Positions 61,699-64,000 of a stretch of 64,000 nucleotides of DNA are shown here, piece after piece. The stretch is from contig CAWJCN010000004.1 in NCBI GenBank assembly GCA_963841415.1, forward strand, positions 171,470 through 235,469. The letters run 5' to 3'. The stretch comes from an uncultured Actinomycetes bacterium (lineage in GTDB: Bacteria; Actinomycetota; Acidimicrobiia; IMCC26256; DASPTH01). Position 1 is the first letter of the stretch. The number at the start of each line of letters is the position of its first letter. The translations under genes were made by a program, and so were the position numbers. A model generated the notes under the pieces. That model saw only the letters and a program-made list of their open reading frames with translations. It was not told where the DNA came from and ran no database searches.

Positions 61699-64000
61699 CG
61701 TGAGCGTGTTCAACATCGCGGATCTCTCCCGATCGAGGGCCGAGGGCAACCGGGCGAGCGAACGCGCACGCGCGGTCTTCGACGCGTTGGGCGAGGGCGT
61801 CATCGTCTGGAGTGCCGACGGGTTGGTCGTCGACTGCAATCGCACCGCCTCCGAGATCCTCGGTCGCTCGCGCGACGAATTGCGCAGCATGACGTCCGAC
61901 GAGATCCTGCTCGTCGCCCGCACGGAGATGGGTCCGGTGACCGAGTACGGCCACCCGCTCGAGACGCGGGAGTACCCGGCCATCCGGACCCGGCGAGGCC
62001 AGGGGCCGGTGCTCGGTCAGGTGCTGGGCATCACCCGGCCCGACCGCCGGCACGTGTGGCTCGAGGTCGACGTGCGCCCGGTGCACGACGACACCGACGG
62101 CGACCTGTTGGTCACGTCGTTTCGCGACATCACCGAGCGCAAAGAGGCCGCGGACCACATGCGTGCGCTCTCGGCCATCGTCGAGTCGTCGAGTGACGCG
62201 ATCTTCCGCCAGTCGCTCGGCGGGATCATCGAGTCGTGGAACCCCGGCGCCGAGCGCGTGTACGGGTACACCGCAGCCGAGATGATCGGCGCGCACCACG
62301 CGACGCTCGTCCCCGAGGACCGCCTGGTCGAGGCGGAGCGCCTCTTGTTCGCGGCACGAAACGGCACGTCGAACAACAACGTCCTCACCGTGCGCCGCCG
62401 CAACGACGGCGGGCACGTCAACGTGGTGGTCACCACGTCGCCGCTCCTCGACGCCGCGGGCACCGTCATCGGCGTGTCGGAGATCGTGGGTGACGTGACC
62501 GAGCTCGTGGAGATGCGCGACACGCTCGTGCAGTCGGAGGAGTGGTTCCGCTCGCTCGTGCAGCGCTCGTCCGACGTGGCGTTCGTGCTCGACGCGGAAG
62601 GCGTCATCACGTACGCGAGCCCGGCGGCGGAGCGCTTCGGCTACGCGCCCGAGGAGCTCGTGGGGGTGTCGAGCCGTGACCTGATCCACCCCGACGACGT
62701 CGAACGCCACCGCGACAACGTGTTCGAGACCGTCGCGCAGGTCGGCACCGCGACCGTCGAGTGGCGCTTCCGCAAAGCCGACGGGTCGTACGGCTGGGTC
62801 GAGGAGGTGCTCACCGACCTGCACGACGTCCCGGCGGTGTCGGGATGGGTCGCCAACGTCCGCGACATCACCGACCGCCGTCACGCGGAGGACGAGCGCA
62901 TCGAGGCCGAGGAGCGCTACCGCCAGGGCTTCGAGCGCTCCGCCTTCGGTCTCGCGGTGCTCGACCTGAAGCAGACGTTCACGTCGGTGAATCCCGCGCT
63001 CGCCGACATGCTCGGCCACTCGGCGACGCGCCTGATCGGTCGTCGCCCGCTCGAGTTCCTCCATCCGTTCGAGAGCGAGAGCGCGCGCAGCGGCGTCGCC
63101 CGGCTGCTGAGCGGCGACGTGCCGTTCTACAAGCGCGAGCACCGCATGGTGCGCGCCGACGGCAGCATCGTCTCGGTGCTCATCGACATGACCCTCGTGC
63201 GCTCCGCTGACGACAACCCGAGCTACTACTTCGTGCAGGTGCGCGACATCACCGACCGCAAACGGGCCGAAGAGGCACTCGCCCACCAAGCGCTGCACGA
63301 CGACCTCACCCACCTGCCGAACCGGATGCTGCTGGTCGACCGGCTCGGCCACTCGCTCGCCCGGGCCGACCGCACCGGCAGCCACGTCGCCGTGCTCTTC
63401 CTCGACCTCGACCGGTTCAAGCTCGTGAACGACGGCCTGGGCCACGTCGTGGGCGACCAACTCCTCATCGAGGTGGCCCGCCGGCTGACTCGATCGATCC
63501 GCGCGTCCGACACGGTGGCCCGGTTCGGTGGTGACGAGTTCGTGATCGTGCGCGAAGACGTCGCCGACGTCACGGAAGCGGTCGAGTTCGCGGAGCGGAT
63601 CGTCTCGGTGCTGCACGAGCCGATCCCGCTCTCGGGTCGCGAGATGTACGCGACCACCAGCGTGGGCATCGCGCTCGGGAGCCCGGGCGCGTCGGCCGAG
63701 CAGCTCCTGCGCGACGCCGACGCCGCCATGTACCGCGCCAAGGACCTGGGCCGAGCGCGCATCGAGCTCTTCAGCCACGAGCTGCAGCAGCAGGTCGCCG
63801 CCCGCCTCGACCTCGAGACCGCGTTGCGCCAGGCCATCGAGCGCGACGAGCTCGAGCTCCTCTACCAGCCGATCGTGCGTCTGGCCGACGGCCGCGTCGT
63901 CGGTGCCGAGGCGCTGCTCCGCTGGCATCGCGCCGGGCACGGCGTCATCCTGCCGACGGAGTTCATCCCGATCGCGGAAGAGACCGGGATGATCGTGCCC
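61699..64000 (+). CDS. Multi-PAS GGDEF-EAL signalling protein (partial, continues past the window end)
   Basis: Own translation of frame 1 from GTG 61699. Four PAS-like blocks separated by DITERK/DITDRR linkers, RFGGDEFVIV (GGDEF), then ELELLYQPIV (EAL start). Absent from the track because there is no stop in the window. Confidence 0.85.

Noticed and set aside
61631-63940. 769-aa minus-strand ORF
   Set aside because: It is the antisense shadow of the plus-strand PAS-GGDEF-EAL gene, which shows clear domain motifs. The minus translation is low-complexity Arg/Gly/Asp-rich sequence, typical of stop-poor frames in high-GC DNA.

Overview
High-GC (roughly 70%) Actinomycetota chromosomal segment with dense coding, mostly housekeeping. 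Gene order matches the Mycobacterium Rv1007c-Rv1026 neighbourhood on the minus strand: ychF, DUF192, rsmI, metG, tatD, rpfB, rsmA(ksgA), ispE, tRNA-Gln, glmU, prs, rplY, pth, mfd, mazG, eno, ftsB, DUF501, ppx. Other content: a seven-gene alpha-glucan/trehalose cluster joined by overlapping stop/start codons (glgE-treS-pep2-glgB-treZ-glgX-treY) with divergent malQ; a CsoR-family (CstR-like) operon with thioredoxin and DUF302, next to cupredoxin and MMPL genes; a TetR/TauD/sulfotransferase/amidohydrolase cluster; a degenerate integrase plus toxin-antitoxin-like island beside tRNA-Leu(UAA); and a PAS-GGDEF-EAL gene running off the 3' end. I saw no rRNA, CRISPR array or IS/transposase. The most unusual signal is a set of conserved intercistronic elements. 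A GGAATCGACC-type family has five minus-strand copies plus a weaker plus-strand relative upstream of the MMPL gene; a second family has a GAGAGCGGGAA 3' end, and two of its three copies also carry a GG-UAU-CC hairpin. All sit in the orientation of the downstream gene. Most can be read as Arg-rich mini-ORFs whose start overlaps the stop of the upstream gene and whose stop overlaps the start of the downstream gene (ATGA/GTGA/TTGA). Two copies lie in tandem between rpfB and rsmA and carry a frame-preserving 57-nt hairpin insertion. Separately, at least six CDSs, including rsmA and mfd plus the missing enolase stop, are frameshifted as sequenced; this is either assembly indels or real decay. Two very small ribosomal proteins (bS22, bL37) are absent from the ORF track.
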